Assembly (NCBI GenBank): GCA_013239625.1
Contig: MU053652.1
Location: 6,687,902 to 6,751,901, forward strand
Length of the DNA stretch: 64,000 nucleotides
Reading direction: 5' to 3'
Origin: Lama guanicoe
Taxonomy: Eukaryota
Shown: positions 13,969 through 27,343 of the stretch, one piece after another
How the letters are laid out: every line of letters begins with the position of its first letter
Numbering within the stretch: position 1 is the first letter of the stretch
Made by a program: the position numbers and the translations under genes
The notes under the pieces: model-generated
What the model saw: only the letters and a program-made list of their open reading frames with translations
Database searches by the model: none
What the model was told of the DNA's origin: nothing

Positions 13969-14209
13969 ATGGGTCTGGGTAAAAATCACCAAATTGGGGG
14001 TGGGGGTGGGAGAAGTTCATGGAATCTTGGAACATTATGGCAGTTCAAAGGCAGAAAGAGGAAGAGAGGAAGCAAAAGCAGCATTGATCCCTACACTGAT
14101 CACTACCAGAATCTGAGAAACAAAACTGTTTTTAAGAATAAGAGAGTGAGCAACAGTGTTAGCTGCTCTTCAAGTTCGATTAAACAAGAACTGAATTTTG
14201 ATAAATTCA

Positions 14210-14620
14210 CTGCTATAACATACAATCCCAAATCTCAGTGGGGTAGCACAAATGTTTATTTCTCATCCACACAGAAATTAAATGTACATTAGCAGAGGGC
14301 AGAAACAGTGGGAGCTTGCTCCCATGCAGTCATTTGCATGCTTCTGGCTCCAGAAAGAATAATTACAGTAGTAGGAGCAGACCACTTTTTCGTGGAGACA
14401 CATAGCCAATATTAGGCAATCTGGCAAGAAAGGAGCTAGAAATAAATGTCCCTACTTCATTCTTTTCCCTCCCTCTCACTTTTTGGTGATCCTTCCATTG
14501 ATTAAATTCAACTGGAAGGTAAGAATCAAGGAAGACACTGATGTAGTTCATAAATGTAAGAAATGTGGAAAGTGATGGAGAGCAATTTGGTGGGGCAAAC
14601 ATAAGATATCAATATGTCAC
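14210..14620 (-). mobile_element. Old MaLR/ERVL LTR fragments (MLT1/LTR33-like)
   Basis: tgctataacatacaatcccaaatctcagtgg...gtttatttctc; ccttccattgattaaattcaactggaag. Confidence 0.5.
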
Positions 14621-15929
14621 TGTTTTAACTGTTATAATTATGTAAGAAATATTAATATGTGGCTATATGTTTTCCTTCTATACAAGCATCTTTGATATTC
14701 TTACGTAAAACATACACTATATGAACTTAAGAATTAGTTTTTCAATATGCACACACATAAAAAACTGTGGTTATCATTATAATTAGAGTATCTTATAGAT
14801 TAATTCATGAGCAATTGATATTTTATAATATTAAGCCCTCACATCCATGAACTTTATTTCATTATATAAGTCCTCTTTTATGGCATTTAACAATATTTTG
14901 TCATTTCCTACCTAGAAACATTGCACATTCTTTCTCAGATTACTTTCTACGTGTCTTATAGATTTGTTTTGCTCTCAAAAGTGGAATGTTTTTCAAACTA
15001 TATCTTCCAGGTGGTTACTGCTGAAATATAGGACTACTATCACTTATTTTTCACGTATTTCTCATGTCTGACAGATGGTATTATCATTAAGCCCTAATTA
15101 GGTACTTCATCCCTTCTTCCAAAATATTTTTTTTCCAAAAACTAAGTCTGCCATTTGTAAAATGTTTTTGTTTTATATTTTCTATCATTTAACTTGAACA
15201 AGTATTTTTCATCCCACTTTCATTTCACATGACTTTGTTCTCCCTGACTTAGGGCTGTGCATTTAGTTTAGATAAATTTTATGAGGTTAAGCAAGTTCTA
15301 ATTTCTTGTTTACTAAGCACTTCTGTTTGTTTCACTTTAAGATGATACAACTTTTTTCTTTACAATTTGATGTGGTAAATCTTACACTGTAAGACCGATT
15401 TATGTGTTTATCTATCTTACATTATTTGTTGTGTTTAGTTGTCTGTTATATTAGTCTCATGAAATAACATGCAATTTTTCCTACTTACAAATGTTACATT
15501 TTGAAGCTCTGCAGCTTCACCTGCTCTTTGAATTGTTAACACAACCACCTACATGAATGTCTAAGCTTCTTATATATTCATTTTTGTGAGGAAAAGCAGA
15601 ACTGGTAAAATATTTGAATTTTCAGTTACATTAGTGGACATGGTTATATTCAGGTATTATACCTAACATTCATTAAAAGTGGAAAATACGTAAAATTGGA
15701 TATTTTTAAAATGTATTTGTTTTCTCAGTTTTCCTCATTCCCCTCTTCATATGAACTGGTGAATTTTTATATGTTCTACTGTCTCTCACCACACTTTTTT
15801 CCCTATTTATTTTTTAAACTACAGATTTTATTTACGTTCCTTCAGTGATTGCTAATAAATATGTCTATCAATATTTGTATCTATATAATACATACAATTA
15901 ATATTATACATTAAAATCTGGCTTCTAGT

Positions 15930-16230
15930 TCTGGATTTGAGTCAGAGGCATCAACATGAACTGTTATTGTATATTACTGGGGAGTGTTAACACATATATG
16001 GATAAAGGAACAAATATAAATGCATGGGGTAGTATATGTACATTTCCTAGTTCTCTCCACCAAGAGGGCTTATAACTAGTGTCACTCCTACATCAAAGCC
16101 AGAGCCCAGAGTTTGGTTTCTACACTCCATTTACCAGTAAAAGGAGCCAGAGCTCACTGGAGAAGTGGTTAATTCCAGAACTTGGGCAAGGCAAGCACAG
16201 TATGAGCATGGGGTATGTAGGGAGGCCAGA
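15930..16230 (+). mobile_element. L1MC-type 3'UTR fragment
   Basis: catttcctagttctctccaccaagaggg...aaaaggagccagagctcactggagaagtggttaattccagaact. Confidence 0.6.
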
Positions 16231-18218
16231 AGGGAGCTCATGGTTTGTTTTCACATATTAAAAATTTGAAGAAAAACTTTAACTTTACAGTCTAACCCAC
16301 AGTTTTGAGGTATTTTATCAAAGTTACAAAATAGACAAAATTTAGCTAACACCTACAGAATATATAAAAATGTCCAGAAAATTACAGCATGTCTGTAACA
16401 ATCATGCGAATTAATTCTCTCATGCTTCCTTCCCCTTTATTGCTACCTCCTATCAATTGATTCTTTGACTCTCTTAAGTCTAACTTTAATGATGATCCTT
16501 AAGATTCTGGAAACGTAGCCCTCTTTTAGTTAATGCAGACTCATGCTCATCATGCAGCCTCTCTCACTCGTCGTAAGCGGCACTGTGCTTAGAAGAGGGC
16601 CTTCAGCAAGACTGTCACGTGTTGAACATTCTAATTTCACATTATTATAAGTTAGCAATAATCCTTTTCATTTATCATAATGCTCTGATAGTCCTCTTTC
16701 TTTCTGCAATTGAGGTGCAGAAAGTTTGAATGACTTTGAAGCCTAAATGTCAAGTTATAAAAACAGAAGGCAGGCAGAAGGTTATTAACAGAAGGCAGCA
16801 CTGAAGTGGGGGAAGTGGGAAGGAGAGCAGTGACTCGGGATCAAATATTCTGGAAAACCTCTAAGGAAGTTGATAAAACAGCTGTGTTGGGAAACGAAGC
16901 AAGATGGTGGAGTAGAAGGACGCCTGTAGCTCAAACTCTCACACAAATACACCAAAACTCACATCTACGGACCTACTCAGCCAACCAGAACATTTGCCGA
17001 ACTCCGACAGAACATCGCCCTCTTTGAAAGACAAAGACACCAAAAATCTGGTAGAAGAAAAGGAAAAAGAAAGAAGAAAAAGCAAAACAGCGTGGGACCG
17101 ATCCTGCGGGGAGGGAGTGGCAAAGGAGGACTGGTGCTCGTTCACTGGGTCTCCCGTCTCCAACTGAGAGGCCAGCGGGATGGAGGGGGAGCCTCTGAGG
17201 TTCAAACCTGCCCCGAGCACCCCTTGACTGACAGAACTGAGTTAAACGGGCACAAAGGGTCCCCGCGACACCCAGCCCAAGACGCGAGCCAGCAGCTGGG
17301 GCCAGGACAGGCTGCCCGAGCCGGGCGGAAGACTGGGGCGGCTGCACTGAGGCAGCCCCAGGGGACTGCAGGGTGCTGCGCGCCATGGCTGGGAGGGGAT
17401 ACAGAGTAGAACGACCTGGGTCCCCCACAAATTGCGAAAAAAGTGAAGCAACACAGCTGGTGTGCCCTGGGGGGAGAGGCACCATAGCCTTTGTCTCCTT
17501 AGATCTGCGCCACCATTACTGGCACTTCTCACGAGAGGCGGGTCTCAACCACAGCCGCCATCTCCTCCTGTGCACAGTGCTGGGGTGGGGGTGGGGCCGA
17601 GACCTGAATCCTCACCGGGGGGCTCCACAACCTACTAGGCAGGACTGAGACTTGTTTACAGCCCAAGGCAGATAGGATATTTCTGCCCTGGCACCTCAGA
17701 GAACTCGCGCCACCAAGACAAACAAGGAGCTGAGATTTGGCACGGAGCAGGGGCAGGGCCATTTCGCGGTCTTTCCCGAGCCAACCTTCAGAGCGCCAAC
17801 CCGAGGCGGAGTGGGCAGCTGCACAGAGCAGCAGAGCAACTGGCACCGGGAGAGGGCAAGCAGTAACCCACTTTCCTGGCAGGAACACAGCACCTGCTGA
17901 AAGGGGGCACAATCCACCCACCTGCCTCACTCGAGCACAGCATCTGACTGCTGCATCAGGAGGGGGAGTGACCCGCCCGCTCACCCACTGGGTAAGAGCT
18001 CAGCACCTGGCCCAGTGTTGGGAGGGGGGCAATCTGCTAGCCGACAGCCACTGGGAGCAGCACTGACGAGGGTGCCAACAGAGAGCCTCTGGAAACAGCA
18101 AGCTGAGTTCGCAAAACAGGGCGAAGACACAAAGACCTCTTGATAAAATCATTAAGAGCACACTGTCTCCAGGAGAACTAGATAACTGATACTCCTTAAG
18201 CCACAGTGCCAGAGAGAT

Positions 18219-19117
18219 ATGAGCAGTATGAAGAAGCAGAGGAATCACTCCCAATTAAAAGATCAAGAGAAATCCCCTGAAAGCACGATCAAGGAAATAG
18301 ACATTGATGGCCTACTAGATCAAGATTTCAAAAAAGGAGTGATCATAGTACTGAAGGAGCTAAAAGAAACAGTGCTTAAAGATATAAAATATGTCAAAAA
18401 TGAAATAGAAGCTATAAAGAAGAACCAAGTAGAATTAGTAAACTCATTTGCTGAGATGAGAGCTGACCTAAAGGCTGTACAAAGCAGGCTAGATAACACA
18501 GAGGAACAAATAAGTGACCTAGAAGACAGAACAACAGAAAGCATCCAATCAGAACAGCTGAGAGAGAAACAAATAAAAAACAATGAAAACAATATAAGGG
18601 ACCTATGGGATAATACAAAGCATGCCAATCTACGCATAATAGGGGTTCCAGAAGGGGAAGAAAGAACAAAGGGGATTGAAAAGGTATTTGAAGAAATCAT
18701 GACTGAAAACTTCCCAAACCTAAAGGAATCAGATAGCCAAGTACAGGAGGCTCAGAGGGTCCCAAACAGGAAGAACCCAAACACACCCACACCAAGACAT
18801 ATCATTATCAAGATGGCCAGAGTCAAGGATAAAGAAATGATCCTAAAGGCAGCAAAAGAAAAACAAAGAGTGAGTTACAAGGGAAACCCTATAAGGCTCT
18901 CAGCTGATTTCTCTACACAAACACTACAGGCCAGAAGGAGTGGCAAGATATATTCAAAGTCCTGAATCAAAAAAACATGCAGCCTAGGATACTCTATCCA
19001 GCAAGGCTATCCTTTAGAATAGAAGGAGAGATAAAGAACTTCACAGACAAGCAAAAACTACAAGAGTTTAGCAACACTAAACCCATGCTAAAAGAAATAT
19101 TGACAGGTCTACTCTAA
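18219..19117 (+). pseudogene. L1 ORF1p (coiled coil, RRM, CTD) with a single 1-nt frameshift
   Basis: MSSMKKQRNHSQLKDQEKSPE...NLRIIGVPEGEE...TPRHIIIKM...PIRLSADFS. One G appears lost at ~18937; the shifted frame continues EWQDIFKVL...QPRILYPARLSFRIEGEIKNFTDKQKLQEF...GLL to TAA at 19115-19117. Confidence 0.92.
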
Positions 19118-19260
19118 ATAAAAAAGAAGCAGGATGCTACAAAAATGAGAAACTCATAACTGGAAAGGAGATAACTGCCATGAATTACAAAAAGAATAAA
19201 CACAAAATTGTAAAAGAAGACATCTAAATCATTAAGAGTGGGCGAGGGAAGCAAGGAAAG

Positions 19261-19620
19261 CCACTGTGGAAAACAGTGTGGAGATTCCTCAGAAGTCCAC
19301 GAATAGACTTATTATATGACCCAGGAATCCCGCTCCTGGGCTTATATCCAGAAGGAATCCTATTTCAAAATGACACCTGCACCCCAACGTTCATAGCAGC
19401 ACTATTTACAATAGCCAAGACATGTAAACAGCCTAAATGTCCATGAGCAGATGACTGAATAAAGAAGCTGTGGTATATTTACACGATGGAACACTATTCA
19501 GCCATAAAAACCGACAACATAACGCCATCTGCAGCAACATGCATGTTCCTGGAGAAAGTCATTTTAAGTGAAGTAAGCCAGAAAGAGAAAGAAAAACAAC
19601 ATATGAGATCACTCACATGA
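19261..19620 (+). pseudogene. C-terminal remnant of L1 ORF2p
   Basis: PLWKTVWRFL...YDPGIPLLGLYP...TCTPTFIAALFTIAKT...ILSEVSQKEKEK, with in-frame stops. Confidence 0.9.
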
Positions 19621-22600
19621 GGAATCTAAAAAACAAAACAAAACAAACATAAATGCAAAATAGAAACAGACTCATATACATAGAATACAAACTTGTGGTT
19701 GCCAAGGGGGTGGGGGGGTGAGGAGGGACAGACTGGGATTTTAAAATGCAGAAAAGATAAACAAGATTATAATGTATAGCACAGGGAAATATATACAAGA
19801 TCTTGTGGTAGCTCATAACAGAAAAAAAAATGTGACAATGAATATATATATACATTTGTGTATAACTGAAAAATTGTGCCCTACACTAGAATTTTACACA
19901 ACATTGTAAAATGACTATCATTCAATAAAAAAATGTAAAAAAAAAAAAAAAGAACGAAAGGAAGCTATGTTGAAGGACACACTGAGACAGAGTCTAATGA
20001 GGTAAGTTGATAGTCCTTGGGTTGTATTCATGAGTAAGTAACGCAAGGAGGCCATTTATGTAAAATTATTGAACAGAAGTGTCACCCCAATCATCACCCT
20101 AAAACAACATCCTCACTGCTTGTCTAAATTTCTAAAATTTTACCACTGACTCTCAAACATTTTTTCCTTCCAGAATTATTGGTGACAGTAACATAATCTT
20201 TTAAAAGTGTGAGGTTTAATGTGGTTTAGAGTAAGAATATCAATTTAAATATTTTAATTAATTCCTAACACACACACAATGAAATATGATTACAATGTGG
20301 ACACTGGCTTCAGAGAATTTAACTTCCATTAAGAGAGTAGAAAGAAATATGTACTTAGAAGGATATACTCAATCTATTTAAAAATACATACATAAATCGG
20401 TTAAAGTGTTAATAAGAAACTAGAGAAGAATTCAAGGAGAAAAATGGATTTAAAGTCAGCCTTTAAAGGTAAAGAAGAGCTCTCTTATGGAGTAAACTGG
20501 ATCCACTGCTTCTATAAAACTGAGAGACTTGATTTTGGAGAGAAATTGTCATAAAGGTGTGATGCACCTTTTGGCTTGAGAAAATTTAGCAAAGGTGCTA
20601 ATCATTAACGTGCAATTCCTTTGTTAATGACAAGTTAAGAAAAATCAAAATGCACCGTTAGCAAAAATAAGCCAAGAACTATTACATGTCAAGGATTAAA
20701 TTCACATAGGGCAGTTAAGGATAAAACCAGCCACAGCTCTGCTGGTTTCAAGATAAGCTTTCAGCTTCTGTTATCTAAGAAAAATCCAACTAGTTTGTGA
20801 AACTCTGATATTTTAGTTTTGATTCTTCTTGGAGGTCAAAACTTCAGGCTATTCAGGACATGTGGGCTGGACACAGGTCACACCTTAGCCAGAACTCCTA
20901 TCTCAAAAAGTGTAATGCTTTAAAATTCAAATGACTTCAGTGGTTGAAGCAAGTAGTATTTAGATGCTCTAACTGATTTGTTTTCATTTGTTTACAATTC
21001 CACTTAGTGTGTTAAGAGTCCGTCTGAACTATATATGACTTCTCTGGGTCTATTTCAAAGCTGGAAATGTGTTCCTTAAGGTAAGCCAGCAAAACTGGTT
21101 TACTGAATTAAAAATTCACCCAGGAAATATGTGCGTAAATCTTCTGAATATAAGTTGCTACAAGAGCTGTTATGAAATAATAACCCAAATGATTTACTTA
21201 AATAAAACAGTAGAAAAAATGAGGCAGTGGGAGACTTCATGTATTCACTGATATTTTCTGTTGCCAAGAATCTGAAAGCATTTAATGAATAAGTATGTCA
21301 ACTCTCTGATCGACTTTTGCAATATGAACTGCAATATGAATAAATAAACACTTTTGTTCTATAGAGGGAAAATATACATTCAGAAAAAAGAAATTAAAGA
21401 TAAGAATATCAGACAGAAACAGATAATCTTTAATTATAATTCTCCTAAGATTCTGGGGAAATTAAAATTTAGGGCATTTTAGATTTTTATAGCCTGCTTA
21501 TAATCTTAGAGCAAAATTGTAAAGTTATTACTGATTTTACTCTGAAACTGATATGTCTGCAGTGCCATATTTACACATAAGAATATCTAAACCTTTAAAA
21601 TATTCTCATTGTATTTTTAGATATTTAAAATTAAAGTTTCAATATGTGGTTTAAGAGATATTAGGGAATTATTTTAAAATATCTCTTGAAGCACCATACT
21701 TAAAAATGAGTTAGGTTCACTAAAGTCTCTATGTTCAAGTAAACTTAAAGTAAAATGGAAAAAGCATTAGTTTTTCTATAGGAAATATCTGAAAAGCAAC
21801 TGGATTTTTGTGATAATATTTAAATTAATTTTGGCATTTTACATTGTTTCTGTAGTGTAGTAAATCCTTCCTAAAGTTCAAAGAAACCATTTTTTTAAAT
21901 TATTCTATGACTAGAGGTATCTATAGCTCACGGAAAATATGTTTCTCGATTTTACAGAGACTAAAAATCATTTCAACTCTTTAGTTTGGATTTATGTAAT
22001 TATTTTCATCTACAATATAATAAAATGTTTTATTCGAATTCTTAACATGGTAGTTATGTGTAAGTATTATATTTAACAAATTCAGCATATATAGTTATGC
22101 ATGATACCTGCACTGGGTAGAAAATGATGCAAGAAGTCTGGATTATAGTCTTGACCGATTACAGACTGTTAATCTTCAAACAAGACATACTTCCTTCCAT
22201 AACTGTAAAATAACCCTCTAACATTTTATAATACAAATTACTTAGCCCATGGTGAATTGGATAAAAGAATATGAATAGAAAACTCAAAAATGTATGTTTG
22301 AAAATGATGTATCTTAATGAAATTAATTTCATACATCATAAAATAATTTTTACCTACTATAAAAGATTACTTTAACATAAGTAACTACATAAACCAATTA
22401 CATGAAATTTTGGTACTGTGACTCTTTTAGTCATTGAAATAACCTTTATAATTTTAGTTTTTATCAAAAGTGCCAAAAGATATATTCCAAATGGATATGT
22501 AAGACCTACTTTTCCATATAAGTAATACACAAAACAAACTGTATGGTAGTGTTCATGTACATAGTCTTTCCTTTACGTAATTTAGGATTTACTGATAAAT

Positions 22601-22809
22601 TATATGAGGCCATCAAAAATGTGCATAGTTGAACCTCATTATTTTTGCTTTCATTAATTATGTTTTGATTTTATATTCTCTATACATTGGGTAAAAACAT
22701 TACAGTGCTTACTGAAAGGATATTATGAATAAGTGCATTTGACTATCTTGCATGTCTTAAAGTTTCAAGTTAAATATTGAGCCATATTTAATAACTATGT
22801 GCTATTGAA

Positions 22810-23241
22810 CCCAGATTTCATTTTTATTCTCTTATATAGTAAATGCTGTTGGAAGTTGTCTAAAGACTTTTTTTGAATTATGTGGCATATAAGTAAGCAT
22901 ATATATATATATATGTAAAGCTTTTGTTTTTCGTATCCAAAGCACAAATTTATCTGGACTCCTTCAGATGGAATTAGTACTAAGCCAAAGGTTAGAGAAC
23001 ACCTGCCTACTGCACTCCCTGGTCCAGCATCCTGACATTTTGCTCCTCTGACACTGAATGTCACTCAGGTCTCCTGAGGCAACAGCACAGGAGTGATACA
23101 TTATTTGATTCCATTTTTCAACAACACAGACATCAGGGTTTCTCACAGTGTCTGCTGTGATAAAACCTTGCTGACAATAGGACAAAGAAGGAAAAGCAAT
23201 AGCTAAGCAAGGTTCAGTATCGTGAAACACAATAAACAGAC
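22810..23241 (-). ncRNA. Candidate terminal exon of a minus-strand transcript from the CpG island
   Basis: Strong acceptor tttatttcttcctttttctctttcag|GTCTG at 23241; AATAAA on the minus strand at 22828-22823; not a recognisable repeat; only short ORFs. Confidence 0.5.
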
Positions 23242-23389
23242 CTGAAAGAGAAAAAGGAAGAAATAAACTAACAAATTGACAAGGAAGAATTATGTATGTT
23301 GCAGATAAACAAAATGTTCTGCTGAGATCAGTAGTATAATGCCATAAAGAATACGGAAATCAAATTTTACCCTCATAGTCAAACTGAAA

Positions 23390-26300
23390 AGAAAACAACC
23401 TGGCAAAACTAAACAGCTGCCCAAGAACTTCTATTTTCTTATTTCCTCCTTAAAACTATTTATCCAAAGCCATGTCAACTGTATTTAGCTATTTCTCTTC
23501 CTAAAAAAATCTTGACCCCATCTTATCAGACCTTTTTTCAATCTCAGTTCATTTGCCACCAGAAGCACAATCACCCCAGGTGATTCAAATTTTCAGGGAT
23601 GGTTATTGCATATTGTTTAATATATTTCTTTGCCTAATCCCAGACCCTACCTTTCCCACTTAACTAATCTGTTTTAAACAAGCCCTCTAGAATTCAAGGT
23701 ATGTCCTCAGAAAACTCCCACACTATATTCTCAAAAAATTTCTACACTTTGTCTTCCCTCTATCTTCTTATTCCAAGGAGTACTTGGCTTTACACTGACC
23801 ACATAATATTCCCTTGCGGTCCTCACAAATGTAGGCTGAAGGAAACTGCTTTTTTTCTCTCCAACTACCTCAGGACCTACAGAAGTTTTATATGCTACAC
23901 GACATTCTTGCTTCCCCTTTTTTCCTACTATATAACACTTTTTTTCCCACTCTCTTCTTCTTTCAAAAAACTCAGGTCTTTGAAACCATGTCACTCTCTT
24001 CAACCAGTGTATCTTCTCTGGCTACCACTACTGTCTTTTTTTTTTTGGTTACATCAATATCTATGTAAATGATGAATTCAAAAAAACTGGTCTTTCAGTT
24101 TCTTGGTTTTCTTAGCTCAAATTTTTCTCAATCTAATTTCACTCACCTACTCACATCTTTATTAGGTTGAATTTATCTTCATCAACAGCAGCACTATCCC
24201 TTAAATTGCACCTTTTGACATCCCATTTTCTGATCTCCATCTCTAGTTTGTCCAGTTTGCTTGCTCCAGTATGCCCATGCCAACAGTTGTTCAACCTCTC
24301 TCAGGCTGCCAACCCATCACCACACGGTGACCACGTCCTTGCAAACATCCCTAACTTCCTCATCTCTCTCTTCTACTATTGCACTAGCTGGCAAAATGCC
24401 AAACATGTTTGATCCAAACTGTAGACTTTTAACCAAGCAACTGAACATTTCTGGGCAAAATCAAACCACCAAACTGACAAGTTTGCTTCAAATTTGTAGC
24501 CACCAATTTCAAATAGGCACTAAACACTGACAATCACACTGTGTTACACATCAACTATTTAGATCTAATAATTTCCCATCCTTCCTCCTGAAAAGTCTAG
24601 TCTACAGCTCAATCATACTTCACAGACAAAGGGCTGTCATCAAATGCAAGTGATTTTCTTGTTTGCACCACCAAATCTGCACCTACCTATGCTGCCTTCT
24701 TTTCTGTTCTGTGAAGACAGAAGTATTTCTGCTCCTTCTATGGACCACGGCTTTATTTATATGCAGGCTCCCCTCCTTTCCATTTAAAGAAAATCTTTCC
24801 TGTAATTCTTCCTATTTTTACTCTATGAGCAATTGACTTCAATACTCTGGCAGTATTTTGTGGGTATGCAAACATGCCAAATTTAAAAAAAAAATCCCGG
24901 ATAACACATGACAATCCCATTGCCTCCCTGTTTCTCAGTTCAAATCCCTTTAAAAGTTACCCATATTGCTGTCTCCCCATTCTCATCTTGCACTCTCTTC
25001 CAAACCACTACATTCATTTCTTATTTCTACAACGTGTTGATATTGGTCTTAAAAATAACACAAGTTGCTAACATCTTGCTTACTCTAATGATGAACTTTC
25101 AGTTACTATCTTAACACAACTCTCGGTAGCATTTTATGCTCCTGACTGTTCCTTTGATGTTGTTAAATTTTTTTTCTCTATTTCCCTGTAAGTTCCTCTA
25201 TGACATGGCATATATCTGGTTTTTCTCCAATATCCCTCATCAGTCCTCCTCAGTCTTTGCAGGCGCTCCTCTTCTATCCAATCTTTAAATGCTGGAGCAC
25301 CTCCAAGGTTTTCTTCTCAACCCTTTCCTCTGTCTACATGCTGTCTTTAGTTTGCCCATGGCTTTATTTTTTTAATATTATATTTATGCTTTTGTTTGTT
25401 TAGATACTAACATGTTTATTATAGGAATTTTCAAAACAATTCATAAATCCCACTTTTTATAACTCAGATGCACAATGACCAACAGCTGATAAATCTTGGT
25501 TCATTTATAATGGCTATTAACCACCCACCCCAAGCTGAACCATTTAAATTTGGCACATATCATTTCTCCTTTAAATAACCCATAGTTTTTTTAAGCATAG
25601 CTATAAGACAATTACTTATTTTTTTCTTATATCCAGTGTTCAAATCTCCTTGACTGTCCCGTTTTGATAAATCGCTCTTTACATTTGCTTTGAATCAGGA
25701 GCCTAATAAATTCCATGGGTTGATTTTTTTTTTACATAGCTTTTTAATTTCTTTTACTCTAGAACAGATCTCCCTCCTTTATTTCTCTACTTCATTTCTT
25801 GAAGAAACTAGTCCTGTAGAAATGCCAACATCCTCTGATGGCTAACTGTATCCCCTTGGTGCCAACATGGTCTCAACCTCAATACTTTCTGTAAATTTAA
25901 TTGGAAATAGAAATATGATGAAATTCATGCTAAATTTTTAGACAGGGGCATTTCACAGGTGGTACCATTTATTTTCATTTGCTGTACATTTCAAATCAAC
26001 AGATACATTATGTTGATCTCTTTAAGCAATTAAAATTGATCAGTTGGTTCAGAGCTTATCCATCCATTACAATATTTCTCTATCAACCTCTCACCCAATG
26101 ATTTTAGAAGCCACTGAAGGTCATTTCTTATGATTTATCCCCATTACATCCATGTTTTTAAATGTTACCTATACTCTGGTAACTGATTTCATATTTATAG
26201 CTCTAGTTTTCATTTATAGCCAACTGACTACAAATTGTCTCTGCTTGGAGGTCTAACACTTACATCCAAGTTTACATTGCCAAGCAGGAATATTAGTCCT

Positions 26301-27125
26301 TGCCCTCAACCTATAACCGAATCTTCTCACCTCAGAAATAGAAATTCCAGGCAGTGAGTTTCTCTTCCCATGAATCTGGAATATTCCTTGATTCCTCTCT
26401 TTCTCTCATTATGTATTAAAATCTATTCTTATATTCAGTTGGCTCTGCTTTTCAAGTGTGTCCTGAATCATGCTGTGTATCCTGTTACAACACTTAGGCA
26501 TTTTGCTATAATCTCACTCCCAATCTAACAGTCTTCTAATTACCTTCCCTGATACCACTTTTTTCTTCTACATATCAGCCAAAGCGATCCTTTAAAAAAA
26601 CAAATCCCATCCTTTCCCTGTAAAACGATGCAAAACTTTATTTTTATCAGCATACAACCCAAATTCACTAATATGGTCTTATTCTACCTAACCATGTGCC
26701 TAATCTCTCCAACCTCCCGTTCTGCACTCTCCACCTATACTTGTCCTTATCCTGCTCATCAAACACATCAACCACGTTCCCACTCAAGGCTTCTGTACTT
26801 GCTAGTCTCTTTATTTAGAACGCTCTTCTCAATATCCTCAAATGACTCCCTCCCTTTCGGTGTACACTCAATAGATCTCTCCTGAACCCCTCAGCTAAAG
26901 CAGCAGTCCCACACACCCCTAGTCAATTTCTATCATATTACCATAATACTTCTGCACAGTACCCATTATTATCTGAGTTTATCTTATAAACAGATTAATT
27001 AATATTTGTTTTCCCCATATAAAATGTATGTTTCAACTGGTTAAAAAACTGTGCTTTTCATCTCTGAACCTAGAACACTGCCGCACAGTCTGTAATAAGA
27101 ATTCAATAATTGTTGAGTGAGTGAT
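23390..27125 (+). mobile_element. Long degraded L2 LINE (ORF2 remnant and 3' end), interrupted at ~25370-26130 by an old L1 fragment
   Basis: Pyrimidine-rich L2 motifs (taaatgctggagcacctccaagg, cagccaaagcgatcctttaaaa, aacctagaacactgccgcacagt); ends aataattgttgagtgagtga. Confidence 0.7.
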
Positions 27126-27268
27126 TAGCATTTTAAAAAATCCATTCAAATAATTTGCAAAGAAAACTTTCAAACGATCCAAAAAGTACAGAATATGATC
27201 AATTTTATGAAAATTAAGCTGAAAACTACTCAAATTAAACTCAAAGGAGTTAAAGAAGGATGCCTCAC

Positions 27269-27343
27269 CATTAGATATGATAAAGTTTGAAAAAGAAAAA
27301 TCTCAAAAATAGTAATAGTACTTGTTTTTCAAAACAGGATTAC
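27269..27343 (-). ncRNA. Candidate 75-nt internal exon ending in ATG
   Basis: Acceptor gatttttag|GTAATC and donor CTAATG|gtgagg; stops in all three frames before the terminal ATG. Confidence 0.4.

Larger units (their letters stand above)
12150..14215 (-). mobile_element. L2 LINE fragment interrupted by two L1 insertions
   Basis: Reverse-L2 motifs (agaacttatattcaagtgg, gatatttgaacagagaa, ttggatatgttaaatctgaaatgcatattagatatc). Confidence 0.65.
16890..19962 (+). mobile_element. Young L1 with full 5'UTR and ORF1, lacking almost all of ORF2, with 3'UTR, polyA and degenerate TSD (camelid-like family)
   Basis: 5' start with caagatgg (YY1-type site); CpG-rich 5'UTR; ORF1; junction at 19260/19261 to the ORF2 C-terminus; aataaa plus A-tail at 19924-19951; TSD agct(g/a)tgttg at 16880-16889 and 19963-19972. 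Confidence 0.92.

Noticed and set aside
16939..18254. Cluster of 70-170 aa ORFs on both strands, including ORF0-like antisense frames
   Set aside because: They lie in the GC-rich L1 5'UTR where stops are rare; ORF0 is described for primate L1 and there is no independent support here
21008..21080. Plus-strand exon-like segment with AAG|gtaagc donor
   Set aside because: Looks MIR-derived, the frame I read closes with a stop, and it has no linked promoter or partner exons
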